A stretch of 64,000 bases of DNA from Octopus bimaculoides (Eukaryota): contig NC_068988.1 of assembly GCF_001194135.2 (NCBI RefSeq), forward strand, positions 72,871,463 through 72,935,462, written 5' to 3'. The notes under the pieces were generated by a model. That model was not told the DNA's origin and made no database searches. It saw only the letters and a list, made by a program, of their open reading frames with translations. Of this stretch, positions 1-11,267 are shown one piece after another (the stretch's first letter is position 1; every line of letters begins with the position of its first letter). Position numbers and translations under genes: made by a program.

Positions 1-1390
1 GAGAGGTATTTAGAAAAAAAAAAAACTGCAAATAATGAGACATCTAAAGCATTCCAGTCTTCTGAATTTTCTAATATAGCTGAAATAGCTCAGACTACTC
101 AGTAATTTTGTCAGAGAAAATGGATACTTCTCGAGACAAATAATTCCAAAGTGTCTTAGGTAACTTTGGAAATTGCCTTAACGATTTCATCCAGTAGTGC
201 TCTTTGAACCATCAACTTGGAGAAAAATGTTAAAATTCCTTTTAAAGACTGGAAGAAAATTCGACATTCAGGAATACTTGAAGCCAATTACAAGAGCACT
301 AAATTAAGTGACTGTGTGTAACAATGTACAAATATGACGATCGCACCAAAAATTTTCTTTTCTTCTTGTTCATAAATGTTCAGCCATTATGTTCATTCCA
401 TCATAAATTTGTGCAATCAATTTTTGGCCATTGTTGAATTCATTAACAAATTTTCTAACTTCTATCAGTGATGCAGTTTTTCTGTCTTTATTGACATCAA
501 TGTATCCGAAAAACCTTTCTCAAAAAACCTTCTCATTTTATCAACAAATCACAAAACACATGACAATTGAGATCTCATTCAAAGATACGTAGTCTCATCA
601 AACATACAGTAACAAATGATGTTTTTATGATCATTGCCTTAATTTCACCTTCAATTGTAGCTGATATACAATTAATCATCTTGTTTTGAATATTACTTGA
701 AAGTGCAGAAAATGCACAATTGACATTTTTCCTCACAAAATCTAGATGCAATCTTAAACAATCATTGTATTCTACTACTGCTTCACATATAGCTAGAAAA
801 TTACCCTTATTTTTGATTCTTCTGTTTCATTGTGTTCTTGAAATGCTAATTCTCGACAGGCCAAAATTTCAATACAATGAAATAACCTTTCGATATTTCA
901 TAATTTTTCTCGACTTACCTATTATGCAACTTAATAAAAGTTGCTATCTAGTTATCAATCGTAGTATTATCATTATCATTATCAACCAAAGATTTCCAGA
1001 GCAATTATGGAATTTCCAGAGCAATTATGGAATTCAGATGGTTTTGAGATTTTTTTGTGTCTTGTCAAAGCTGTAATAAAATTTTTCAACTCACAGTAGC
1101 CAGTAGTTATCCATGTGTTCTCATGTTGACAAAATAAGACATGGAACACAGAACAATTTGTTCAAAATGGGACATCCTGTCATCCACTCATACTGTTCAT
1201 AATGTTTGGAATCAAAATAATGATGACATTCCTTGCTCCCCACTTTGGTTTTGATTTTCAGTTCAAGCTTTGACTTCTCTCTTCTGAGAAAGATAATATT
1301 CTTCTACTCTTCAAAGTTTCTTGTTGCAAAAGCTTGGGAAAACAGAGAGGAAACTGAGCTAATTGACTCTTTTGCCATCCTATAGGTGAA
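1..1390 (-). mobile_element. Decayed hAT (ZMYM1-like) transposase remnant, running off the window start
   Basis: Manual minus-strand translation across stops and frameshifts gives EQYEWMTGCPILNKLFCVPC (TTF-type zinc finger), NKGNFLAI...SALSSNIQNKMINCI, and FVHCYTHSLNLVL, all typical hAT transposase blocks. Confidence 0.7.
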
Positions 1391-3250
1391 TGAAAACATG
1401 AAAACAGGAAAAATGTTACTGAGGTATAATTTTTTTTAATGAATTGAAGCTTTATTCTAACAAAAAATTTGGGTGCTAGTTTACTCTTTTTGTGTGACCA
1501 TTTTCGAATAATTTTAAATATTTAAAATTAAATCTTAAAGCAGCTGTTTCCAAACTTTTTCAGACTGCACCCACCCAATCCCTAGGCACCCAGTCCACAT
1601 TCCTAGTGCCTACCACACACACACTGCAAGCATAGACATCTTCCTTCAGAGGATTCAACACAATTGTATTTCACAAATACAATTTATCCTAGTTAACCCA
1701 TTTTGCTGTTTTTGTAATACGAGAGAGTAAATTTACATTTCATCTGTAATTACATTGTTTTCATATTTTTAATGCGATGGTTTTACATTGTGCAGGGATA
1801 CCAACCCACATTCAATAATTTTCAGTCTATTTTACTTTATTCAGAAAAAGTCTGGGTAACTGTACTGAAGCCCCACTCTACTACATATGATGTTGAGAAG
1901 ACAATAAAATACATCTTGACTTTGTTCTGAAAAGCTGTCCGAAAAGTCCTTTTGTAGCCAAAAATCATGGTAATGTTTTTAGAACTTTGTCCTCATCTCA
2001 ATGTCCTTTTAAGGTGAAACCAGTTCTTCCTCCACTATTTTTGTTTTCTCTTGATTAATATCTTGGAATGGATTGCCTAGCATGTCTCTGTGCATGTGAA
2101 CAATATATGTAAAAGTCATCTTCTAATTTGCTTTTTACCTTCTTTGTTTCAGAGAGGCTTGGAAACTGGAAGAACTCACAGCAATTTATGTTATATTTGA
2201 ATAACTGTAACTTGGAAAGAAACATGGAGAGAGGTGATTTTACTTTGACAAGGTTTAACCTCCAATTATCAATTAACTTCAATGAACTTTGTGAATATAT
2301 CTGCCATTCATGTCATGTTTAATGTTTCTTAGTTCACAAAGAAGAGAATTAGAGTTTTGGAATAATTCAATAACCATTTTCAATATTATAGTACTCTACG
2401 TTTTGGACCACTTGTAATATGCATTTTTAGAGAAAAAATTTCATAACTCTTCCACTTCATTTCACTTTTCATGATTAAAATCATCAGAAAAAGCTCCCAG
2501 AGAAATTCCAATTTATGCATGATAATATTTTGATTGACAGAATTCTGGTTTAAGCACCCCGTGTAACCCTTCGCAACGCTTTTATTTTGGGAATTTCTAG
2601 AAAAGTTTTGTGTTTCACACATGGGAATTCATATGATTATACAAAAAAATTTAGCTTTTCATATGATTATACAAAAAAATTTAGCTGTTCTTTTTAGAAC
2701 ATCTCTTGACCACCTAATACTTCCTTGTTTCTTTGTCTCTGACAGAATTTATGGGAGGGGGATAAAATTTTTAAAAAATTGTTTCATGATCATATAAATT
2801 CCTGTGCATAGAACACAAACTTACAAGAATTTTCTGAAAACTCCAAAAAATAAAAAGTTATGAGGTGCTTCATCATTCCATTAAATGTGTTTATAGGGAG
2901 AAAAAGTTTGAAAAACATCAATACATACCAGAGTGACAAAGAAATATATATATATACAGATGCATAACTATATATAACTATTTAAATAGTTTCTTTTCTA
3001 CAATCTAGCTCCCTTAAAATTTTCTCTAATCTAAGCAGTGTGGTATAGCTTTAATAAGAATAGGATAGTGTTAAATTCCTCCTGCTCTGTAGAATCTTAG
3101 GTGATCAAATACGGGATTGATTACGGCATTATGAAATTTTGAAATGCCAATGCAAAACTCATGTAAACAAATGAAAGAATGTATAATTCTCTGTTCTTTG
3201 TGCTTATATATAAATAAAGGTCATCACTCCCATCTCTAGCCATACGTAAT

Positions 3251-3297
3251 ACACACGGACTCGAGTTTCTTGGTGGTTACCCGTCCTCAGCATGTGT
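3251..3297 (-). ncRNA. Type I hammerhead ribozyme motif (weakened stem II)
   Basis: Minus strand reads ACACAUG-CUGAGGA-CGGGUAACCACCAA-GAAAC-UCGA-GUC-CGUGUGU: 7-bp stem I (one G-U), conserved core boxes, palindromic ACUCGAGU stem III, GUC cleavage triplet. Confidence 0.7.
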
Positions 3298-3808
3298 TAA
3301 TCACCAGCTAGTGATGAAAACTCACCCCACTCGCAAAATACTGTATGCTTTTTCCAGTGACAGTTCGTCGCTGATCTCGAAAAAGGAGAAATAAGCTATA
3401 TTAAATCTCTGAGCGAGATGTAAACAATAGCAATACGGAATCGTAACATATAATTGCCAACCAAGTGTGGCGTTCTATATGGGACAGTGCTACTGGCGTT
3501 TATAACCCCAGGAAGACATCTCTTTCAGCTGCTTCCCTCACAAATACTAATCAGACACAGAATGTTTGTCGTTAGCCAGATAGAAAAGATGTCTGCCTGG
3601 GGCTATAAACGCCAGTAGCAGTCTCATATAGGACGCCACACTTGGTTGGCAATTATATGTTGCGATTCCGTATTGCTACTGTTTACATCTCGCTCAGAGA
3701 TTTAATATAGCTTATTTCTCCTTTTTTAAGATCAGCGACGAACTGTCACTGGAAAAAGCATACAGTATTTTGTGAGTGAGGTGAGTTTTCATCACTAGCT
3801 GATGATTA

Positions 3809-3855
3809 ACACATGCTGAGGACGGGTAACCACCCAGAAACTTGAGTCCATGTGT
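3809..3855 (+). ncRNA. Type I hammerhead ribozyme motif
   Basis: ACACAUG-CUGAGGA-C-GGGU-AACC-ACCC-A-GAAAC-UUGA-GUC-CAUGUGU: perfect 7-bp stem I, 4-bp stem II, predicted cleavage after C3848. Confidence 0.78.
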
Positions 3856-4013
3856 ATCACATAAAGCTAGGGATGTGAGTGTTGACCTCCCCACACAAAT
3901 ACTAATCGGACACAGAATGTGTGTCGTTAGCCAGCCTGGAAAAGATGTCTTCCTGGGGCTATAAACGCCAGTAGCACTGTCCTGTATAGGACGCCACACT
4001 TGGTTGGCAATTC

Positions 4014-4048
<35 letters not shown>

Positions 4049-4639
4049 GTATGTAAGATCCAGGGATCAAGGTGTAGGAAGAAAGTTAGCTTCAAGCAAT
4101 CTGTAGTAAATATCAAAAAACAACTTTCAGGGACAACAGTGGTTTATTTAGATGGAAGGTTGTGGATTTTTTCGTATCAAAGAACGATAAGCTGAAAAAG
4201 TTCTTTTTATATTCCACAGTAGGCGACCAGGGTTGCCAGGTGTGTGAATAAGAATTACAGAATGGAGATATCCTTGGCCTGAAGAGTAGCTGGCAGTATA
4301 CACCTCATTTGGATTTTACCACTTCTGAAGTTCCACTCGCTATAAAACATATGTAGCCCGGATCTTTCCAACTCCATTCCATAACTCTTATGTACACACA
4401 CATACATATATACACCTTCCTGCAACTTAAGGGTACACCTGGACATTCTTCACCAGCTCTCTCTTCTACTTTTCCAACTGGGGTTAGTATCGACTAACCT
4501 CCTTCCATACTCCTAAAAATTGCTAGCCTTGTGCCTAAATTACAAACTATTATTTTACCCTGCATACATAGTAGGCAGCTACTGCAAATTAATGTAAGAA
4601 GCATAGAAACGATTGAAGGACCAACGTTACTTGAGATGG

Positions 4640-4723
4640 GAAGGTGGGTAGGAAACGTCATTAAGCGAGAACGTATCGAGAAAATACGAGACATTAGCAT
4701 TGCTATCGCTTCCGGTTGCTGTG
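4640..4723 (+). promoter_or_regulatory. Likely DCTN4 proximal promoter / 5' UTR
   Basis: Locally CpG-rich patch in a CpG-poor background, with an ETS-like CTTCCGG at 4709-4715 just before the ATG. Confidence 0.35.
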
Positions 4724-6061
4724 ATGGCGACGTATCGTGATATTGATAAGGTGAAATACCTTTGTGATTGTGGCAAGAAGCATCCAATTTGTTGGCTTTA
4801 TCTATGTCGACATTGTTTTAAGCTCCGATGTGGTGACTGTCTTCTACATGAAGTGGATTCCCACTTTTGTCCTTGTTGTCTTGAAAATCTACCTTCAACA
4901 GAAGCTAAGCTTCGTAAAAATCGATGTGGGAGTTGTTTTGATTGCCCCAGCTGTGGACATCTCTTGTCTACTCGAGCTACAAACACTTTTATTGTCAACC
5001 CAGAGGATCCGACGAAAAACATCCCGAAAAAGATGTACTATTTAGCTTGTGGATTTTGTCGTTGGACTACCAGAGATATTGGTATTGGTGACAAACCTGT
5101 TGCTACGGGAGGTTGGCAAGATCTGGAAAGCCCGCATCTTGATAGAGTTACTATGCTTTTAGAATACTATAAAAAGCTTTCACTGAAAGAGAACTCTGAA
5201 AAAGAACGTGAGAAATTTATTAAGAGGCGTGGTCATATTTATTATACCGATAAATTTAGTTTGGCGACCGTAGCTCTGAAACGCAAAGCATTAAACAGTC
5301 CTTCGGCAGCCTTACACGATGATGACACCACAATTCTAGAGATAGAACCTGCCGAAACAGTCACTGAATTCCCCGAACTTGACGATGAAATATTTGCTAC
5401 TCCGATTCAGCTGAACAAAATTACTACTATCGACCAAAGACTATCATCACCAGAATTCCAACCAGTACAGGTGAATAATATGTATCCTAGACACAAGCAT
5501 TTACAAGTGAGGAAGTCTGTCAGATGTAAGAAATGTGATCATAATCTCATCAAACCTGACTACAACTCTGCTTCGACCAAATTTAAAATTCAATCAACTG
5601 CCATGTATCATGTACCAGAGCTTCGAATCTCTAACTATAATGTATTTTCTCCAAAGAAAGAGAAAAAAATTAGCCTGACCTTATCAAACCCTGCTATTTA
5701 CAATATGGATATTGAATTTAGTCTTGTCCAAGGCGAAGATCTGTATTCAACTGCCAAAGTGGAGCTGCCTAAAAAGAAGATTGTTTTGGCACGACGTGAT
5801 GAAGATGCATTATACGAAGGTAGCAGTTCTCTTGAGAATGTGTTCGATGATGATCCAGCAGTTATTGTGTCTCGCAAGCTGAACAAAATTATCTTTGTTA
5901 TTGGTGTTACACCTGTAATTTCTGAAGGTGAGGTAAGGGTTGCATTTGTTATGCGCCATACTTATAAAAACGTTACTCTCGGTCTCCCGAGCGAAAAAGA
6001 AGAGGTGCAAACAGTTTGGTTAGATCATACAATTTATGCTCAACTTGGACAAATCCAGTAA
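4724..6061 (+). CDS. DCTN4: Dynactin subunit 4 (p62), single exon, 445 aa
   Basis: Uninterrupted ORF with the Cys-rich p62 N-terminus (YLCRHCFKLRCGDCLLHEVDSHFCPCCLENLPSTEAKLRKNRCGSCFDCPSC), YYLACGFCRWTTRD, RCKKCDHNLIKPDYN...KFKIQ and the C-terminal beta domain. ATG at 4724, TAA at 6059-6061. Confidence 0.96.
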   Translation: MATYRDIDKVKYLCDCGKKHPICWLYLCRHCFKLRCGDCLLHEVDSHFCPCCLENLPSTEAKLRKNRCGSCFDCPSCGHLLSTRATNTFIVNPEDPTKNIPKKMYYLACGFCRWTTRDIGIGDKPVATGGWQDLESPHLDRVTMLLEYYKKLSLKENSEKEREKFIKRRGHIYYTDKFSLATVALKRKALNSPSAALHDDDTTILEIEPAETVTEFPELDDEIFATPIQLNKITTIDQRLSSPEFQPVQVNNMYPRHKHLQVRKSVRCKKCDHNLIKPDYNSASTKFKIQSTAMYHVPELRISNYNVFSPKKEKKISLTLSNPAIYNMDIEFSLVQGEDLYSTAKVELPKKKIVLARRDEDALYEGSSSLENVFDDDPAVIVSRKLNKIIFVIGVTPVISEGEVRVAFVMRHTYKNVTLGLPSEKEEVQTVWLDHTIYAQLGQIQ

Positions 6062-7519
6062 AATAAAGGACCATATGAACAAACGCCTGATGATCTTTGT
6101 ATGTTGGTTGTCATGAAACAATGTATAACTAACTTTGACATCGCATAGCCTTCATTAATAATGCTATTTTTTATGTTGCCAAAATGTATAATTTACCTCC
6201 CGTTTTGTATTCGGTATACACTAATGCTTCATTAAGTGAAGAACGTAATTATTGCAAAGGATTTAGGATGAATAATAATCGATATTATAAATACTAAAGG
6301 TAAACTGTACGTACGTAGTTCACGTCCCGATCAAGGGGCTTTTTTTTTGTCTCTTTTGTCTAAAATGCCTAAGATAATCAACACTATGTTGATGGGGCTA
6401 TAATTATGTTAATATCATTAGAAAAAAAGAACAATTCTTTTTGAAGGAGTTTCGGATTATTCTTCCAACTGCCGATTTGTTTACTTATGACTTCCATTAA
6501 AATGCATGTTTTGAATTGACATTTTGCAGATATATGTTTTCGAAAGTGTTGATTATCAAGTGTGGAATTGTCAGACAATTCAGAAAGATAAATAGTGCAA
6601 ATTGCTACAGAAATTGGTGATAACAAAGGCTAGAGGAAATGGAGCGGAACAACGATCTGAAACTTCTAAATTTTTGTTTATTCAAATTTTATCAGTAGAA
6701 TTGTTGTCTACATCCCCAAAAATATATATCTGCAAAATTTCATTTAAAAATATACACTTTTCAGTATGTGGCGAGGAAACCAAGTGAAGTGGGGGGACCA
6801 ATGTGTTGTTACACCTCTTCATCTTACTGCTTGTTGCCTATTCTTTAGTTCATATATAAACCTGTTATAATATTCTTATTAAACTGACAAATAATTGCTG
6901 TTAAATGGTTTTGGATAACTAGTGAGATACATCTGCAACTTTAGAATTACTTATTGTCAGCTATACAATTATGGTCTTGTGATTTCGTCCCTTAATTTAA
7001 TTTAGTAATATAATACACACACACACATAATATCTCTAAGTATGCAAATAATACCCTGATGTAATTTACTGTGCATAATCATTTGTATGTAATGTGGTTT
7101 GAAGCAAAATGATACTGAAACATTTGTAATCAGTAATCTAACCAATGCTATATTGATATCTTCATCTTCTTCCTCCACTTATAATCTGTGCATACACACA
7201 CACACACACACATATATATATTTATATATTATGTATATATAGGAATAGTGATACTAATAATCTGGTATCAAAACTCAATATGCATATGCTTCAGAAAAAA
7301 GCATTAGTTGAGTATAGGGTGTAATACATAAAATAAAGGACAAGAACTTATATAATGAACTTCATAGCTAAGTACTTTTATATCACCTTATAATTTCATT
7401 GGAGCTCTGATGAAGCCATTAGGTGATACACAAGCACTCAGCTATGAATGTATTGCAGCTTGTAACAGAAACAACTGTAAACTAATGAAGTTCATTACAT
7501 AATTTCTTGTCCCTGTGTC

Positions 7520-7550
<31 letters not shown>

Positions 7551-9129
7551 NNNNNNNNNNNNNNNNNNNNNNNNNNNNNNNNNNNNNNNNNNNNNNNNNN
7601 NNNNNNNNNNNNNNNNNNNNNNNNNNNNNNNNNNNNNNNNNNNNNNNNNNNNNNNNNNNNNNNNNNNNNNNNNNNNNNNNNNNNNNNNNNNNNNNNNNNN
7701 NNNNNNNNNNNNNNNNNNNNNNNNNNNNNNNNNNNNNNNNNNNNNNNNNNNNNNNNNNNNNNNNNNNNNNNNNNNNNNNNNNNNNNNNNNNNNNNNNNNN
7801 NNNNNNNNNNNNNNNNNNNNNNNNNNNNNNNNNNNNNNNNNNNNNNNNNNNNNNNNNNNNNNNNNNNNNNNNNNNNNNNNNNNNNNNNNNNNNNNNCAGA
7901 TATAATTAGAAATGCTTTTATTTAAAGTCAGTATGTAATTGGGAAACTTTTTTCATGGATTCACTTTGGCAATTAAATTGAAAAATTTATTTTACCCTGA
8001 ACACCATTGTTATAATTTCTTGCACAATTCATTATTGCCAGTATTCTGAAATAATGACAAATGTATTTTTCTGAAATAAAATTTATCTAATACTCTAGAA
8101 ATGTCTTCTTTTGTCTCTAGCTCTAATTTTCAGAAGCAATTCCTCAAAATACTTTAAACTTAACAAAAGTTGATTTAGAAAAAAAATAAAATGTGAAGTA
8201 ACTTGGTCAATAATATTGATTTCCCCAGGCAAAATGTCTCACTGAATAATTTGCATTATGTAGAAATATTTTTAAGAATGTTTTCTTTTCTATCTAAAAT
8301 GCTGACGCTTTTTTTTGATCTAAGGGAAATAACCCATTTATCAAGATACAAGAATTTTAAAAAGTTTATTTCAAAATATTTTTTTTCTTTTGTTCCTCAT
8401 GTACACTTAAGAGTACAAAAATAATATCCTATTCTCAGGATTACAAACGAAACCACTACTGATTTTGTGTTAGTTTTAATCCAAATAGCAACTTAAACAA
8501 TAAAAATATTATCTCCTAGATCACAGGCCTTCAAAAGTTACCCATCACTTCCTCAAATGGATGACGGCATTGAATATAAAAGAGACAACTATTCGTTGAA
8601 GCACTTATAGTTTGTTTTATGTTTTGTTATTTTGGGTCACCCATGTATGTGAAAGGGAACAGTTTTTCTGTTGCAAAGCAGACTTCTCTATGATCAAAGG
8701 CATTCCAGCTGTGATCATTCTCTTTGTTTTTTTTCATATTGTATGTATCTAAGATTACAGTATCAAAGGTGTCCATTCATTTTTAAGGTAGTAGGGTGTG
8801 ATTTAAGAAGAATCTGGCTGCTGTTTCTAACTGGTGAGCGACCATGTAGAGGCTCTTGTATATGTGGCAACTAGAATTACTGAAGACTATGCAGCTATCA
8901 TAAGTTTTGCTGCTGATATGCATTGCTAGAAAGGCATAAGCTTCTTAGAAGTTTTTGAACCAATCTTTGTAAAGGCACTCAAGTTTCTCACTTAGGTTAT
9001 TTGTTACATGAATGTATTTTACAATCGCTCCAGTTGGTAGCCAAGTAATATGAAGCAAAAGTCATGTTTTGCAGTCCAATTTACTCAATACAAAAGATTT
9101 CCAGAATCTCCATCCACAACATAGGCTCA

Positions 9130-9515
9130 GATGTGGGTGTGTTGTAAGAATTTTGCTTCCCAACCACATGACTCTGAGTTCAAACCTAATGCAAGGCACC
9201 TTAGGCAAGTGTTCCACTATAGCACCTGGCTGACCAAAGCCTTGTGAATGGATTTGGTAGACAGAAAATAAAAGAAGCCTGTCGTATATGTATACATCTA
9301 TGTATGTATTTTTGTTTATCTCCACCCACCATGTGACAACAGGTGCTGGTTTGTTCATGTTCCTGTAACATAGTAGTATGACGGAAGAGACCAATAGAAT
9401 AAGTACCAGGTTTAAAAAATAAGTACTGGGATTGATTTATTTGATTAAACCTTTCAAGGTGGTCCCCAGTACGACTAAAGTACAATGACTGAAATGAGTC
9501 AAGGATAAAAGATCC
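9130..9515 (+). mobile_element. tRNA-derived CORE-like SINE (family A)
   Basis: tRNA-like head, GGCACCTT(A/G)GGCAAGTGT core and internal (TA/TG)n; the same body recurs at 19.3, 28.9, 29.5 and 34.2 kb. Confidence 0.8.
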
Positions 9516-9617
9516 CCTTTGGCTTTTTCATAATAAAGGTTGTCATTACCCAGTTATTGTGTATCATTATCAACATCATTTTACATTTGCTTTTTCATTC
9601 TTACATGGATTGGTACT

Positions 9618-10830
9618 GTGAAAGTGTAGCTGCTGGAATAAGAATAGCCCGGGCAAAGTTCAGAGAGCTCCTACCTCTGCTGGTGACAAAGGGCCTCTTG
9701 CTCAGGTAAAAGGTAGACTGTATGACACACGTGTACAAACAGCCATGCTACATGGCAGTGAAACATGGGCCGTGACTGCTGAGGACATGCGTAAGCTTGC
9801 AAGGAATGAAACCAGTATGCTCCGCTGGATGAGTAATGTCAGTGTGCATACACAACAGAGTGAAAAGTTGGACCTAAGAAGCATTAGTTGTGGTATGCAA
9901 GAGAGATGGTTGCTCTGGTATGGTCATGTGGCGAGAATGGATGAGGATAACTGTGTGAAAAAGTGTTACACCCTTGCTGTTGAGGGAAACTGTGGAAGAG
10001 GTAGACCCAGGAAGACTTGGAATGAGGTGGTGAAGCACGACTTTCAAACATTAGGCCTCACCAAGGCAATGACTAGTGACCGAGACCTTTGGAAATATGC
10101 TGTGCTTGAGAAGACCCGGCAAGCTAAGTGAGACTATAACCCATGGCCTATGCCAGGGGTGTAACCAGCCCACTTATTCGTACCTTTCCTTCATTGGACA
10201 CTAACTGCTTGCGAAGACCTGTTGAGGCAAGTGAAATCGAAAACAAAATCAAATTTGATGACAGCACCGCATGACTGGCATCTGTGCTAGTGGAGCGCTA
10301 AGAGCACCATCTGAGCGTGATTGTTGCCTGGGCCACTGACTGGCTCCCGTGCTGGTCGCACGTAAAAAGCACCATTCGAGCATGATTGTTACCAGCGTCG
10401 CCTTACTGGCATGTGAAAAACAATATTCAAGCGAGGTCATTGCCNNNNNNNNNNNNNNNNNNNNNNNNNNNNNNNNNNNNNNNNNNNNNNNNNNNNNNNN
10501 NNNNNNNNNNNNNNNNNNNNNNNNNNNNNNNNNNNNNNNNNNNNATTGCCAGTGCCGCTGGACTGGCTCCTGTGCAGGTGGCACGTAAAAAACACCATTT
10601 GGACATGGCCATTGCCAGTACTGCCTGACTGGCCCTCATGCCGGTGGCATTTAAAAGCACCCACTACACTCTCGGAGTGGTTAGCATTAGGAAGGGCATC
10701 CAGCTGTAGAAACTCTACCAGATCAGATTGGAGCCTGGTGCAGCCATCTGGCTCACCAGTCCTCAGTCAAATCGTCCAACCCATGCCAGCATGGAAAGTG
10801 AACGTTAAACGATGATGATGATGATGATTG
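9618..10830 (+). mobile_element. RTE-clade LINE, 3' part
   Basis: MLHGSETWAV...WYGHVARMDED...GRGRPRKTW is the RTE ORF C-terminus. The 3' UTR ends in a (GAT)n tail at ~10810-10828. Confidence 0.9.
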
Positions 10831-11267
10831 GATGAAGTTTTTGCCATCTCCCTCATATGATTCAGTTTGCTGAGTTCAGTATTGACATCTTCATATGTCT
10901 TCCTCTTCCATGGCTTCTGTCATTCATAAATACTAACATTAGCCATCCTGCAGAGCATGTTTACTTCATTTCTTTCCAGCCTTGCTTATACTCTACAGTC
11001 AAGATTCACGTTTCGCCATCATGCATCATTGTACTTTATATACAGACATCTTATAATATGCCCTTTTCTCAGAGAGAAGCTCTCTTTATTGCCAGCAAAA
11101 GTAACAATTCTCTAACCTTTTCCATCTCATTCTTACTCCGGCTACTATGCTTTCACAACATCCACCTCCATTGCTCATCACATCACCTATGTGACAGACT
11201 GTCAACTGTTTGGGGGAAGCCTTATGGATGATTGACAGAATTTATTTTGCAGTTGCGCTTATGATTA

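Larger units (their letters stand above)
3218..4012. repeat. Fold-back plus tandem repeat (Penelope pLTR / retrozyme-like)
   Basis: Inverted arms at ~3218-3526 and ~3583-3888. Segment 3539-3654 is repeated directly at 3894-4012, giving a period of ~355 nt. Confidence 0.9.

Noticed and set aside
3712-4446. ORFs 3712-4116 (-), 4004-4195 (+) and 4255-4446 (-)
   Set aside because: They overlap the fold-back repeat and (TA)n, show no recognisable domain, and have no coherent splice structure.
4764-5886. Short ORFs overlapping DCTN4
   Set aside because: Shadow frames of a real CDS.
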